Assembly: GCA_049282655.1 (NCBI GenBank)
Contig: JBAPUM010000112.1
Coordinates: 2,945-66,944 of the forward strand
DNA: 64,000 nucleotides
Source: Xanthobacteraceae bacterium
GTDB taxonomy: Bacteria > Pseudomonadota > Alphaproteobacteria > Rhizobiales > Xanthobacteraceae
Direction: 5' to 3'
Positions 36,082 to 45,499 of this stretch are shown piece after piece. Below the pieces are notes generated by a model. That model was not told the origin of the DNA. It was given only the letters and a program-made list of their open reading frames with translations, and did not search any database. Every line of letters begins with the position of its first letter. Positions within the stretch are counted from its first letter, which is position 1. Both the position numbers and the translations under genes were made by a program.

Positions 36082-36586
36082 CCTGTTGCGCCGCGGCTTC
36101 GGTTCGCGATGGCGCGCGGCTGTGCTCATTGTTGAGATGCACGAGATGCTTGAGCATCTGCATGAAGGCGCTGCGTTCGCCGGGCTTCAGCGGCGCGAGG
36201 ATCGACCGCTGCGTCGCCAGCACCGCGGGCTCGATGTCGCGGACCAGCCGGCGACCGAGCGGCGTGACGGACAGCGACTTGGTCCGCCGATCGACGGACC
36301 CGTTCAGACGCCGGATCAATTTCTTTTTTTCCAGTCGCCCCATCACGTCGCCGATGGTCGAGCGGTCGAGCGCGATGATATGGCACAGCGCCGTCTGATC
36401 GATCCCCGGATGATTGTTGATCGCGACCAGCGCGGCATATTGTACCGGCGTGATGTCGAATTCCTTCGCCTGATCGAGAAAAAGCGCGAAGGAAATCTGC
36501 TGCAGCCGGCGGATGAGATGGCCGGGCATTTCGAGAAGGCGACTGTCCTCTTCAGACGTCTGCATGTCGCTGGCGCCGTACCTCAT
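35987..36586 (-). CDS. MarR family transcriptional regulator
   Basis: Winged HTH ITPVQYAALVAINNHPGIDQTALCHIIALDRSTIGDVMGRLEKKKLIRR. An unusually long basic C-terminal tail overlaps the 3' end of the convergent yoaK-like gene by 95 nt. Confidence 0.85.
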   Translation of the reverse strand: MRYGASDMQTSEEDSRLLEMPGHLIRRLQQISFALFLDQAKEFDITPVQYAALVAINNHPGIDQTALCHIIALDRSTIGDVMGRLEKKKLIRRLNGSVDRRTKSLSVTPLGRRLVRDIEPAVLATQRSILAPLKPGERSAFMQMLKHLVHLNNEHSRAPSRTEAAAQQVTRSARHARESAPKGRARQRWRRQGAPRAGR

Positions 36587-36618
36587 CCGTCAACAGCCGC
36601 ATACCGGGTTTGACGCCC

Positions 36619-36636
36619 GTACCGGATTATCGGTAC
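36619..36636. promoter_or_regulatory. palindrome GTACCG-N6-CGGTAC in the marR/hpaB divergent region (candidate MarR operator)
   Basis: Perfect 6-bp arms, read directly, 33 nt upstream of the marR start. Confidence 0.4.
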
Positions 36637-36646
36637 ACTGAGCAAA

Positions 36647-36666
36647 ATCGTCAGTATGCTGACGAT
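36647..36666. promoter_or_regulatory. palindrome ATCGTCAG-TATG-CTGACGAT (candidate MarR operator)
   Basis: Perfect 8-bp arms, read directly, 94 nt upstream of the hpaB-like start. Confidence 0.45.
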
Positions 36667-36759
36667 ATCGAGCGTAGCAGGACGATAACCCAAAGCCAAG
36701 CCGCGCGACCGGCGAGCGCAATCATGGAACTCGCGGGTTCGGACATCAGGGAGTGAGCG

Positions 36760-38316
36760 ATGCCAGAGCGTCCCGAATCGATCATCGAGGGCAAGAAACG
36801 CCCCTTCACCGGCGCCGAATTCTTGGAAACGCTGCGCGACGGCCGCGAGGTCTATATCTACGGCGAGCGGGTCGAGGATGTCACCACGCACCCGGCGTTC
36901 CGCAATTCCGCGGCTTCGGTCGCGATTCTCTACGACGCGCTGCATGACAAGGCGCAGCAGGATGTGCTCTGTGCGCCGACCGATACCGGATCCGGCGGCT
37001 TCACCCACAAATATTTCAAGGTGGCGCATTCGCGCGAGGAAGTGATCGCGCAGCGCGACGCCATCGCCGCCTGGGCGCGGCTGTCCTACGGCTGGATGGG
37101 ACGCAGCCCCGATTACAAGGCGGCCTTCCTCAACACGCTCGGCGCCAATGCCGAGTTTTACGGAAAATTCGCCGACAATGCGCGCGCCTGGCACAAGCGC
37201 GGTCAGGAGGCGGTGCTCTATCTCAATCATGCGCTGGTCAACCCACCGATCGACCGCGCCAAGCCGGTCGAAGAGGTCAAGGACGTCTACATCACCGTGC
37301 AAAAGGAGACCGACGCCGGCATCTACGTCTCCGGCGCCAAAGTGGTCGCCACCAATTCGGCGCTGACGCAATACAACTTCCTCGGCCAGAACATGGGCCA
37401 GGAAATCACCGATCCGGCCATGGTGGTGATGTTCATCGCGCCGATGAACACGCCGGGCATCAAATTGATCTGCCGGCCGTCCTACGAATTCGCCGCCGCG
37501 GCGACCGGCTCACCGTGGGATTATCCGCTGACGTCGCGCTTCGACGAGAACGACGCCATCTTCATTTTCGACAATGCGTTCATCCCCTGGGAGAACGTCA
37601 TCATCTATCGCGACTTCGAAAAGCTGAAAGCTTTCTATCCGCAATCCGGCTTCTTCAACGGCTTCACGCTGCAGGGCTGCACCCGGCTCGCGGTCAAACT
37701 CGATTTCATCATCGGGCTCCTCATGAAGGCGGCGCGCGCCACCGGCGTCGACAGCTTCCGCGGCGTGCAGGTGCAGATCGGCGAAGTGATCGGCTGGCGC
37801 AATCTGTTCTGGTCGCTGACCGACGCCATGGCATGCAATCCGGTGCCGTGGGTGAACGGCGCGGTGTTGCCCAATCCGCGCGGCTCGGCGTCCTATCGTC
37901 TGTTCATGACCGAGGCCTATCCGGCGATCCGGCGGATCGTCGAGCAGGTGATCGCGTCGGGCCTGATCTACCTTCCCTCGCATTCGCGTGATTTCAAGAA
38001 TCCCGACATCGACAAATATCTGGCGCGCTATGTGCGCGGTTCGAACGGCATCGACTACAAGGAGCGCATCAAGATCATGAAGCTCCTCTGGGATGCCATC
38101 GGCACCGAATTCGGCGCCCGCCACGAGCTTTACGAGATGAACTATTCGGGCAGTAACGAACTGATCCGCGTCTTCCAGATGCAGCAGGCGCAAGGCAACG
38201 GCTCGCTGAAAGAGATGGAAGCACTCGCCGACAAATGCATGGCCGATTACGACGAGAACGGCTGGATACATCCGGCCTATAACGATGGACGGGATATTTC
38301 GCTGGTCCAGAAATAA
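36760..38316 (+). CDS. 4-hydroxyphenylacetate 3-monooxygenase oxygenase-component (HpaB) family flavin-dependent monooxygenase
   Basis: 518 aa, GGGAG SD. The N-terminus FTGAEFLETLRDGREVYIYGERVEDVTTHPAFRNSA is typical of the HpaB family. No reductase (HpaC) gene adjacent. Confidence 0.88.
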   Translation: MPERPESIIEGKKRPFTGAEFLETLRDGREVYIYGERVEDVTTHPAFRNSAASVAILYDALHDKAQQDVLCAPTDTGSGGFTHKYFKVAHSREEVIAQRDAIAAWARLSYGWMGRSPDYKAAFLNTLGANAEFYGKFADNARAWHKRGQEAVLYLNHALVNPPIDRAKPVEEVKDVYITVQKETDAGIYVSGAKVVATNSALTQYNFLGQNMGQEITDPAMVVMFIAPMNTPGIKLICRPSYEFAAAATGSPWDYPLTSRFDENDAIFIFDNAFIPWENVIIYRDFEKLKAFYPQSGFFNGFTLQGCTRLAVKLDFIIGLLMKAARATGVDSFRGVQVQIGEVIGWRNLFWSLTDAMACNPVPWVNGAVLPNPRGSASYRLFMTEAYPAIRRIVEQVIASGLIYLPSHSRDFKNPDIDKYLARYVRGSNGIDYKERIKIMKLLWDAIGTEFGARHELYEMNYSGSNELIRVFQMQQAQGNGSLKEMEALADKCMADYDENGWIHPAYNDGRDISLVQK

Positions 38317-38347
38317 AGCGCGAAATCCGAGTCTAGTTTCTTCGTCT

Positions 38348-38396
38348 GGGCATGATCCTATCCGAAAACCGGTTTCCACTTTTTGGGATCATGCCC
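38348..38396. repeat. long inverted repeat (GGGCATGATCC..27 nt..GGATCATGCCC) between convergent genes; REP-like or bidirectional terminator-like
   Basis: Perfect 11-bp arms. The loop contains the palindrome AAACCGGTTT. Read directly. Confidence 0.6.
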
Positions 38397-39112
38397 TAAT
38401 GCGCGAGATCGAACCCGACCGTGATCCGCACGTGCAATGTATCCTCGCCGGCTGAAATCGGCATGGCCATGCCCGGGGCGGCGACGGCGCGCATCATCGG
38501 CATTGGCGGGGCATAGCCGGAATCCTCGGTGATCCAGGCCACGCCGCCAAGGTTTTGACCCGCGGCGTGCGCATAAAGCTCGGCCTTGCGCCGCGCATCG
38601 GCGATCGCTGACTCGCGTGCTTGATCCAAAAGCTTCGCGGTATCGGAATGCAGGAATTCCACGGAGCCGACATTCGTCGCCCCGCTTTCGATCAACCGAT
38701 CGAGAATGTCGCCGACCTTTTCGATCTGGCGGATTTTCGCTCTCACCTGGTTTGAGACCGAAAACCCGGTCAGTTTTTGTTCGGCGCCGGGCTGCGGCGA
38801 GGCATAGACCGGCTGCACGGAAAAGCGCGAGGTCTGGATATCTTTTTGTTCGATGCCGGAGCTGGATAGCGCCGCCGTGACCGCCACCATCGTCTTGGCA
38901 TTGGCGTCGGCCGCCTCCTTCGCAGTCTTGCCGCGCGTCGTCACGCCACCAGTGATCTCGGCATAGTCCGGCGCCGCGGTGATCGAGCCTTCGCCGATTA
39001 CCACGATGCGCGCCTGCGGCGCCGATGGCTGCTGCTGCGCCCGCGCTGGGGCGGCCACGCCGAGCATGACGGTTGCAAGAAAGACAAATCGAAAAATTCG
39101 TGAAACTCCCAT
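38396..39112 (-). CDS. SIMPL (DUF541 / BP26-like) periplasmic protein
   Basis: ATG 39112 with GGGAGAA SD gives the signal peptide MGVSRIFRFVFLATVMLGVAAPARAQ. The body (GEGSITAAPDYAEITGGVTTRGKTAKEA...) matches the SIMPL layout. Confidence 0.85.
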   Translation of the reverse strand: MGVSRIFRFVFLATVMLGVAAPARAQQQPSAPQARIVVIGEGSITAAPDYAEITGGVTTRGKTAKEAADANAKTMVAVTAALSSSGIEQKDIQTSRFSVQPVYASPQPGAEQKLTGFSVSNQVRAKIRQIEKVGDILDRLIESGATNVGSVEFLHSDTAKLLDQARESAIADARRKAELYAHAAGQNLGGVAWITEDSGYAPPMPMMRAVAAPGMAMPISAGEDTLHVRITVGFDLAH

Positions 39113-39292
39113 GACGTTCTCCCGTAAATCGTCGCTCGCTAATTCCGAGTTCTCGTAACCGCTCATTGCGGGGCGATTACGGCGACAACCCTTTAAAATC
39201 AGGACCTATTGCCAAGGCTTGGCTCGCGATTGACGCTTTCCTCAATTCGGACCATTGGTCCCCCGCGCATTAGCCAGCGAGAGCCGGTCGCC

Positions 39293-40009
39293 ATGGCATT
39301 CCTGCATTCCTTCACCGTCCCCGATTTTCTCGATTCGCTGGTCAGCCTGTTCGCGGCCTTCATACTCGGCGGCCTGATCGGGGCGGAGCGGCAGTACCGC
39401 CAGCGCGGCGGCGGCTTGCGTACCCACGTGCTGGTCGCGGTTGCGGCGGCGACTTTTGTCGACGTCGGCATGCACCTCAACGGCAATGTCGGGGCCACGC
39501 AGATCATCGCCTATGTGGTGTCGGGCGTCGGTTTCCTCGGCGCCGGCGTAATCATGAAACAGGGCAGCAATGTCTGGGGGCTCAATACCGCGGCGACGCT
39601 GTGGTGCTCGGCGGCGGTCGGCGCCTGCGCCGGCGCCGACCTCGCCTTCGAGGCCATCGCGCTGACCGGCTTCGTGCTCGCCGGCAATACGCTGCTGCGG
39701 CCTATCGTCAACGCCATCAATCGCATACCGCTCGACCAGGCCGCGACTGAAGCGATCTACGAAGTGCGCCTGACGACGAGCACCGACGATCTCGACGACG
39801 CCCGGGAATTGCTGCGCAATAGTTTGGCTGCGGCCGGCTACCCGGTGCGGGATATCGAGGTCACCGAGCGCGATCAGGGCGACAATGAACTCGAGGCGAC
39901 CTTGCTTGGCACCACGGCCGATCCGAAGGCGCTCGATGCGATCGTCGCGCGGCTCGAGGACAATCCGCTGGTGCAGAATGCGGGCTGGAGTTTGCGGACC
40001 ACGGATTAG
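39293..40009 (+). CDS. mgtC: MgtC/SapB family membrane protein
   Basis: LFAAFILGGLIGAERQYRQRGGGLRTHVLVAVAAA is the MgtC signature. C-terminal soluble ACT-like domain. Start trimmed to ATG 39293. Confidence 0.88.
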   Translation: MAFLHSFTVPDFLDSLVSLFAAFILGGLIGAERQYRQRGGGLRTHVLVAVAAATFVDVGMHLNGNVGATQIIAYVVSGVGFLGAGVIMKQGSNVWGLNTAATLWCSAAVGACAGADLAFEAIALTGFVLAGNTLLRPIVNAINRIPLDQAATEAIYEVRLTTSTDDLDDARELLRNSLAAAGYPVRDIEVTERDQGDNELEATLLGTTADPKALDAIVARLEDNPLVQNAGWSLRTTD

Positions 40010-40027
40010 CCCTGACGGATCGCCAAG

Positions 40028-40285
40028 ATGCCGATTTACGTGCTCGAACCGCCGCTGCGTTACAATCACTTTTTTGCCGGGCCGGTGCTCGAGCGCGTAT
40101 TGCCGCTGCACGAGGCCCGACTAGCCTGCGCGCATATGGGGGTGAGCGCCGATGCCTGCTCCTGGGTCATCAAGAACCGGTGTTACCTCGTGATCCCGCG
40201 GGGCGGCCCGGTGAAGGATCTCAATGCCTACCGCCGCCACGAACGCGCCCATTGCAACGGCTGGAGTGAGGGTCACGAGGAATAG
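40028..40285 (+). CDS. small Cys/His-containing hypothetical protein
   Basis: 85 aa with G/C-rich third positions. Tail YRRHERAHCNGWSEGHEE. No family recognised. Confidence 0.5.
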   Translation: MPIYVLEPPLRYNHFFAGPVLERVLPLHEARLACAHMGVSADACSWVIKNRCYLVIPRGGPVKDLNAYRRHERAHCNGWSEGHEE

Positions 40286-40313
40286 ACGTCCTTAGAACCA
40301 CCAACGAGTCGCC

Positions 40314-41198
40314 ATGAAAGTCTTCATTACCGGCGCGAACGGTTTTATCGGCGGCGCCGTAGCATCAGCCCTGCGCGCCGACGGCCGCAAGATTCGCGGC
40401 CTGGTGCGCGACCAAGCCAAGGCCGACGCTGTCGCAGCGTTCGGCATCGAGCCGGTTATCGGTACGCTCGACGATGCCGCACTGCTGCAGATCGAAGCGC
40501 GCGCGGCGGACGCCGTCGTCAATGCGGCCAATAGCGATCATCGTGGCGCCGCCGAGGCGCTGCTGGCCGGTCTTTCCGGCTCCGGCAAAGCCTTCTTGCA
40601 TTCGAGCGGTTCGAGCATCATCGCCGATCAGGCCATGGGTGAGCCGTCGGACCGGGTTTTTTATGAGGATCAGCCGCTCGCACCGGACGCCGAAAAAGCG
40701 GGGCGGGTCGCGATCGATCGCTTGGTGCTCGAAGCTTCCGGCATTCGCTCGATCGTGCTGTGCAACGCGATGATCTACGGGAGCGCCCTCGGACCGCCGG
40801 CGCAGAGCGTGCAGATTCCGGCGCTGCTGCGCCAGGCCAGAGCGTCCGGTGTCGTGCGCTATATCGGCCGCGGGCTGAACCGCTGGTCGAACGTCCACAT
40901 CGCCGATGTCGCCAGGCTGTATGCGCTGGCGCTGGACAAGGCCCGCCCCGGCACCTTCATGTTTGTCGAAAACAGCGAAGAAAGCTTGGGCGAGATCGCG
41001 AGAGCCATCGCGGCAAAACTCGGGCTGGACGCTGCGCAATCATGGTCCGCCGACGAGGCGATCGGTTTCTGGGGCCGCGGCACGGCGGTGTTTTCGCTCG
41101 GCTCCAACAGCCGCGTCCGCGGCAAGGCCGCAGCGGCGCTCGGCTGGACGCCGGCGCACCGCTCGGTCACACGTTGGATCGCCGACGAGCTTGTGTAA
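40314..41198 (+). CDS. NAD(P)-dependent epimerase/dehydratase (atypical SDR) family protein
   Basis: Rossmann motif MKVFITGANGFIGGAV. 294 aa. Confidence 0.88.
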   Translation: MKVFITGANGFIGGAVASALRADGRKIRGLVRDQAKADAVAAFGIEPVIGTLDDAALLQIEARAADAVVNAANSDHRGAAEALLAGLSGSGKAFLHSSGSSIIADQAMGEPSDRVFYEDQPLAPDAEKAGRVAIDRLVLEASGIRSIVLCNAMIYGSALGPPAQSVQIPALLRQARASGVVRYIGRGLNRWSNVHIADVARLYALALDKARPGTFMFVENSEESLGEIARAIAAKLGLDAAQSWSADEAIGFWGRGTAVFSLGSNSRVRGKAAAALGWTPAHRSVTRWIADELV

Positions 41199-42161
41199 CT
41201 AGCCGCTGCGGTATTGATGGCCGTCGAGCCCGACGCCGGTGAGCTCGCCGAACAGGGCCGCGAGTTTTTCCCGATCGGCGTCCGGCAAAGGCGGCTTCAG
41301 CAGCGACGCGACGTTGGTCCGCAGATGCGCGGCGTCGCCGGTGCCGAACAGCACCACATCGACGCCCGGCTCGTGGCGTACGAAGCGATAAGCCGCCTCG
41401 ATCATGTTCGCCGCGCCGCCCTCGTGAACCAGAAAGCCGAGCGGATCGTCGGTCTCGCCGAGCCATTTTTCAACCAGGCCCTTGGCGGCGAGTTCGCGCA
41501 TCTCGCGGGCGACGCGCGGCGGATCGGCGAAGATCGAGCGCACCGCGAACATCAACAGAGTGCCGACGCTGTTTTCTTGGGTGAGCGGAAACACGTTCCG
41601 GCGCGCGCCCTGGTGCATCATGTGAAAGCCCACCATGAAGACTTCCCAGATCGGGTCCTGAAGCGCGCGCTTGAGCGTTTCGTTGGTGAAATCGACGATC
41701 GGATTCTCGGTGAGGCCGATATGCCGGATCTTGCCTTTTTGCTTTTGCTCGATCAGCGCGGGCGCAAGCGTGTTCAGCGCGTAATCGTAATGCTGCGGCT
41801 CGACGCCGTGCAGATTGAACACGTCGATATAATCCGCGCCGATCAGGCGGAGCGAATCGTCGAGGCTCGCCACCATGCGCTCCGGCGTCCACCACTCGCC
41901 GTTGCGGCGCACCGAGGATTTTGTCGCGACCACGACTTTATCGCGCTGAACCGATTGCAGCGCCCGGCCGACCACGCCTTCGGTGCCATAGGCCGGCGCG
42001 GTGTCGATGAAATTGATGCCAAGCTCGATCGCCTCAAGAATCAGTCGCGCGGATTCCTCCTCGGTCTTGCCGGACCTCAGCCCCATCCGCGAGAAGCCGC
42101 CGGTACCGAGGCCGGCGACGCTGACGCGAAGGCGGGTACGGCCGAGGGTGGTGTATTCCAT
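41199..42161 (-). CDS. aldo/keto reductase
   Basis: 320 aa. GLGTGGFSR and IDTAPAYG motifs. Confidence 0.9.
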   Translation of the reverse strand: MEYTTLGRTRLRVSVAGLGTGGFSRMGLRSGKTEEESARLILEAIELGINFIDTAPAYGTEGVVGRALQSVQRDKVVVATKSSVRRNGEWWTPERMVASLDDSLRLIGADYIDVFNLHGVEPQHYDYALNTLAPALIEQKQKGKIRHIGLTENPIVDFTNETLKRALQDPIWEVFMVGFHMMHQGARRNVFPLTQENSVGTLLMFAVRSIFADPPRVAREMRELAAKGLVEKWLGETDDPLGFLVHEGGAANMIEAAYRFVRHEPGVDVVLFGTGDAAHLRTNVASLLKPPLPDADREKLAALFGELTGVGLDGHQYRSG

Positions 42162-42296
42162 GTAGGGGTTTCCTCATCGACGGCCACTGACGGGCGCTGT
42201 GGTCTCAAGCCGTTGACCCACCGCAGGCTTTCGTGTCACGTCCGGCGACCGTAAAAGACACCCGGCATAATCGCAAATCGCATAGTCGCAAACCTA

Positions 42297-44933
42297 ATGG
42301 CCACCGAACGCTACAATGCCCGCGACGCCGAGGCGCGCTGGCAGAAAATCTGGGACGAGCGCGGCATCTTCGCGACCAAGAACGACGATCCGCGCCCGAA
42401 ATACTATGTGCTGGAAATGTTCCCCTATCCGTCGGGGCGCATCCATATGGGCCATGTGCGCAACTACACCATGGGCGACGTGGTGGCACGCTTCAAGCGC
42501 GCGATCGGATTGAACGTGCTGCATCCGATGGGCTGGGACGCCTTCGGCATGCCGGCCGAGAACGCCGCGATGGAGCGCAAGATCCATCCCAAGGCGTGGA
42601 CCTACGACAATATCGCGGCGATGAAGAAGCAGCTCAAATCGATGGGGCTGTCGCTCGATTGGAGCCGCGAGATCGCGACCTGCGATCCGGCCTATTACAA
42701 GCACCAGCAGAAGATGTTTCTCGATTTTCTCGGCGCGGGTCTCGTCGAGCGCGAGAAGCGCAAGGTGAACTGGGATCCGGTGGATCAGACCGTGCTCGCC
42801 AACGAGCAGGTGATCGAGGGCCGGGGCTGGCGCTCCGGCGCCGTGGTCGAGCAGCGCGAGATGAGCCAGTGGGTCTTCAAGATCACAAAATATTCGCAGG
42901 AGCTGCTCGATTCGCTCGATACGCTCGAGCGCTGGCCGGAGAAAGTCCGGCTGATGCAGAAGAACTGGATCGGCCGTTCCGAAGGCTTGCTGGTCCGCTT
43001 TGCGCTCGACCGCGCGACGACGCCGGGCGGCGAGAGCGAGCTTGAGATTTTCACCACGCGGCCCGACACCCTGTTCGGCGCGAAATTCATGGCCATCGCG
43101 CCGGACCATCCGCTCGCTGCGGCAGCGGCGGCGAAAAATCCGGCGCTCGCCGCGTTCATCGCCGAGTGCAAGAAGATCGGTACCGCACAGGCCGAGATCG
43201 ATACCGCGGAGAAACTCGGTTTCGATACCGGCATCAAGGCCGTGCACCCGTTCGACCCGTCGTGGAAACTGCCGGTCTATGTCGCGAACTTCATTCTCAT
43301 GGACTACGGCACCGGCGCGATTTTCGGCTGCCCGGCGCACGACCAACGCGACCTCGACTTTGTGAACAAATACGGCCTCGGCAATGTGCCGGTGGTCTGC
43401 CCGCCCGGCACCGATCCGAAGACTTTTGTCATCACCGACACCGCCTATGACGGCGACGGCCGCATGATCAATTCGCGCTTCCTCGACGGCATGACGATCG
43501 CTGAAGCGAAGGAAGAGGTCGCACGGCGACTCGAGAAAGAAAGCGCGGGCAATCGCCCCTTGGCGCAGCGCCAGGTCAATTTCCGCCTGCGCGATTGGGG
43601 CATCTCGCGGCAGCGTTACTGGGGCTGCCCGATCCCGATCATTCACTGCGAGGCCTGCGGCGTGGTGCCGGTGCCGGAGAAAGATCTGCCGGTGACGCTG
43701 CCGGAGGACGTCACCTTCGACCGGCCGGGCAATCCGCTTGATCACCATCCGACCTGGAAGAACGTCACCTGCCCGCAATGCGGCGGCAAGGCGCGGCGTG
43801 AAACCGATACGATGGATACCTTCGTCGACTCGTCGTGGTATTTCGAGCGCTTCACCGATCCGTGGATCACGACCGCGCCGACCGATCGGCCCGTGGTCGA
43901 TGCCTGGATGCCGGTCGATCAATATATCGGCGGCATCGAGCACGCGATTTTGCATCTGCTCTATTCGCGCTTCTTCACTCGCGCCATGAAGGCCACTGGC
44001 CATGTCGGGTTGGACGAGCCGTTCGCCGGGCTCTTCACCCAGGGCATGGTGGTGCACGAGACCTATCGCAGCAAGAGCGGCGAATGGGTGGCGCCGGTGG
44101 AAGTGAAGATCGAGGGCGACGGCAATGCCCGGCGGGCGACTTTGCTGACAAGCGGCGAAGAAGTCGCGATCGGCGCCATCGAAAAAATGTCGAAGTCGAA
44201 GCGCAACACGGTCGATCCCGACGAGATCATCGCCGGCTACGGCGCCGATGTGGCGCGCTGGTTCATGTTGTCGGACTCACCGCCCGACCGCGACGTCGAA
44301 TGGACCGAGCGCGGCGTGCAGGGCGCCTGGCGGTTTTCGCAGCGGCTATGGCGGCTCGTCGGCGAAGCCGCCGAAATCGCCCGAGCGGCGCCGGCCGGAC
44401 GCCCGGAGCTGTTCTCGCCAGCCGCATTCGCGCTGCGCAAGTCAGCCCACCGGGCCTTGGCGGGGGTCACCGCCGACATCGAAAAGCTACACTTCAATGT
44501 TTGCGTGGCGCAGATTTACGAGTTTGCCAATATTCTCAACGAGTTCATTGGCGATATCGACACCGAAGAAGGGGGCATCGCCGAGGACCTGCGCTGGGCG
44601 ATGCACGAGGCCGTTAACATTCTTGTGCAACTGTTTCACCCGATGATGCCGCATCTTGCCGAGGAATGCTGGGCCGTGCTCGGCCACACCGGACTGGTCG
44701 CGCAAGCGGCGTGGCCCAAGGTCGAGCCGGCGCTGTTGATCGAGAATACGGTGACGATGCCGGTTCAGATCAACGGCAAGAAGCGCGCCGAAGTGACCGT
44801 GGCGCGTGATGCCCCCAATGCCGAAATCGAGGCCACGGTTCTGGCTCTCGATGCGGTCAAACAGGCGCTGCAAGGCAAGCCGGCGAAAAAGGTGATCATC
44901 GTGCCGCAACGGATCGTCAATGTGGTGGTGTGA
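42297..44933 (+). CDS. leuS: leucine--tRNA ligase
   Basis: 878 aa. HIGH-type motif ([13 protein letters not shown]) and KMSKS motif (EKMSKSKRN). Confidence 0.98.
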   Translation: MATERYNARDAEARWQKIWDERGIFATKNDDPRPKYYVLEMFPYPSGRIHMGHVRNYTMGDVVARFKRAIGLNVLHPMGWDAFGMPAENAAMERKIHPKAWTYDNIAAMKKQLKSMGLSLDWSREIATCDPAYYKHQQKMFLDFLGAGLVEREKRKVNWDPVDQTVLANEQVIEGRGWRSGAVVEQREMSQWVFKITKYSQELLDSLDTLERWPEKVRLMQKNWIGRSEGLLVRFALDRATTPGGESELEIFTTRPDTLFGAKFMAIAPDHPLAAAAAAKNPALAAFIAECKKIGTAQAEIDTAEKLGFDTGIKAVHPFDPSWKLPVYVANFILMDYGTGAIFGCPAHDQRDLDFVNKYGLGNVPVVCPPGTDPKTFVITDTAYDGDGRMINSRFLDGMTIAEAKEEVARRLEKESAGNRPLAQRQVNFRLRDWGISRQRYWGCPIPIIHCEACGVVPVPEKDLPVTLPEDVTFDRPGNPLDHHPTWKNVTCPQCGGKARRETDTMDTFVDSSWYFERFTDPWITTAPTDRPVVDAWMPVDQYIGGIEHAILHLLYSRFFTRAMKATGHVGLDEPFAGLFTQGMVVHETYRSKSGEWVAPVEVKIEGDGNARRATLLTSGEEVAIGAIEKMSKSKRNTVDPDEIIAGYGADVARWFMLSDSPPDRDVEWTERGVQGAWRFSQRLWRLVGEAAEIARAAPAGRPELFSPAAFALRKSAHRALAGVTADIEKLHFNVCVAQIYEFANILNEFIGDIDTEEGGIAEDLRWAMHEAVNILVQLFHPMMPHLAEECWAVLGHTGLVAQAAWPKVEPALLIENTVTMPVQINGKKRAEVTVARDAPNAEIEATVLALDAVKQALQGKPAKKVIIVPQRIVNVVV

Positions 44934-44943
44934 GCCTCGCACC

Positions 44944-45483
44944 ATGGCGCGCGTCGCGCGGCTTGCGGTCGTGCTCGCCGCGGCAAGCCTGACCGCCGGC
45001 TGTTTCGAGCCGCTCTACGGCTCGCGCCCCTCGGTCAATGCCGAGAGCGTTCACGACAAGCTCGGCGGCATCGACATCCCGCCAATACCAGCGCGCGAAG
45101 GCACGACCACGACCCGTCTCGCCGTCGCCATGCGCAATGCGCTGCAATACGATTTGAACGGGAACGCCGGTCCAAGCGCGCCCACGCATCGCCTCATCGT
45201 CTCGCTCGGGGAGACGCAAACCACGGTGATGATCGACATCGTCAGCGGACGGCCGACCGCCCAGGTCGACGGCATCAGGACGGTTTATCAGCTGGTCGAG
45301 ATTGCGACCGGTAAGGTCGTGCTGAAGGACAGTGCTTACGCCCGGGTCGACACCGACGCGCCGGGCTCGCAGCAGCGTTTTGCCCAACAGCGCGCGCAGC
45401 GCGACGCCGAAGACCGCGCCATCCAGGTCGCCGCCGAAGCCATCCGCAACCGGCTGGCGTCGTATTTCGTCGCCGGCACTTAG
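44944..45483 (+). CDS. lptE: LPS-assembly lipoprotein LptE
   Basis: Lipobox LTAGC after MARVARLAVVLAAAS. Conserved position between leuS and holA. Confidence 0.85.
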   Translation: MARVARLAVVLAAASLTAGCFEPLYGSRPSVNAESVHDKLGGIDIPPIPAREGTTTTRLAVAMRNALQYDLNGNAGPSAPTHRLIVSLGETQTTVMIDIVSGRPTAQVDGIRTVYQLVEIATGKVVLKDSAYARVDTDAPGSQQRFAQQRAQRDAEDRAIQVAAEAIRNRLASYFVAGT

Positions 45484-45499
45484 CGGCTACCATCGCCTG

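Noticed and set aside
39209-39292. In-frame upstream extension of mgtC (TTG start), considered as a possible regulatory leader peptide by analogy with the enterobacterial mgtC leader.
   Set aside because: No separate short ORF with its own stop, no proline-codon cluster of note, and no alternative hairpins that I could define. The analogy is unsupported.
42294-44057. 587-aa minus-strand ORF antisense to leuS. Similar long antisense ORFs occur at 4271..5320, 32322..34202, 56455..58482, 60073..61206, 62833..63912, 14069..15100, 16207..17403 and 47177..48574.
   Set aside because: Each lies opposite a gene with unmistakable family motifs. Their translations are Arg/Ala/Gly/Asp-rich with no recognisable domains. 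Long antisense open frames are expected at this GC content.
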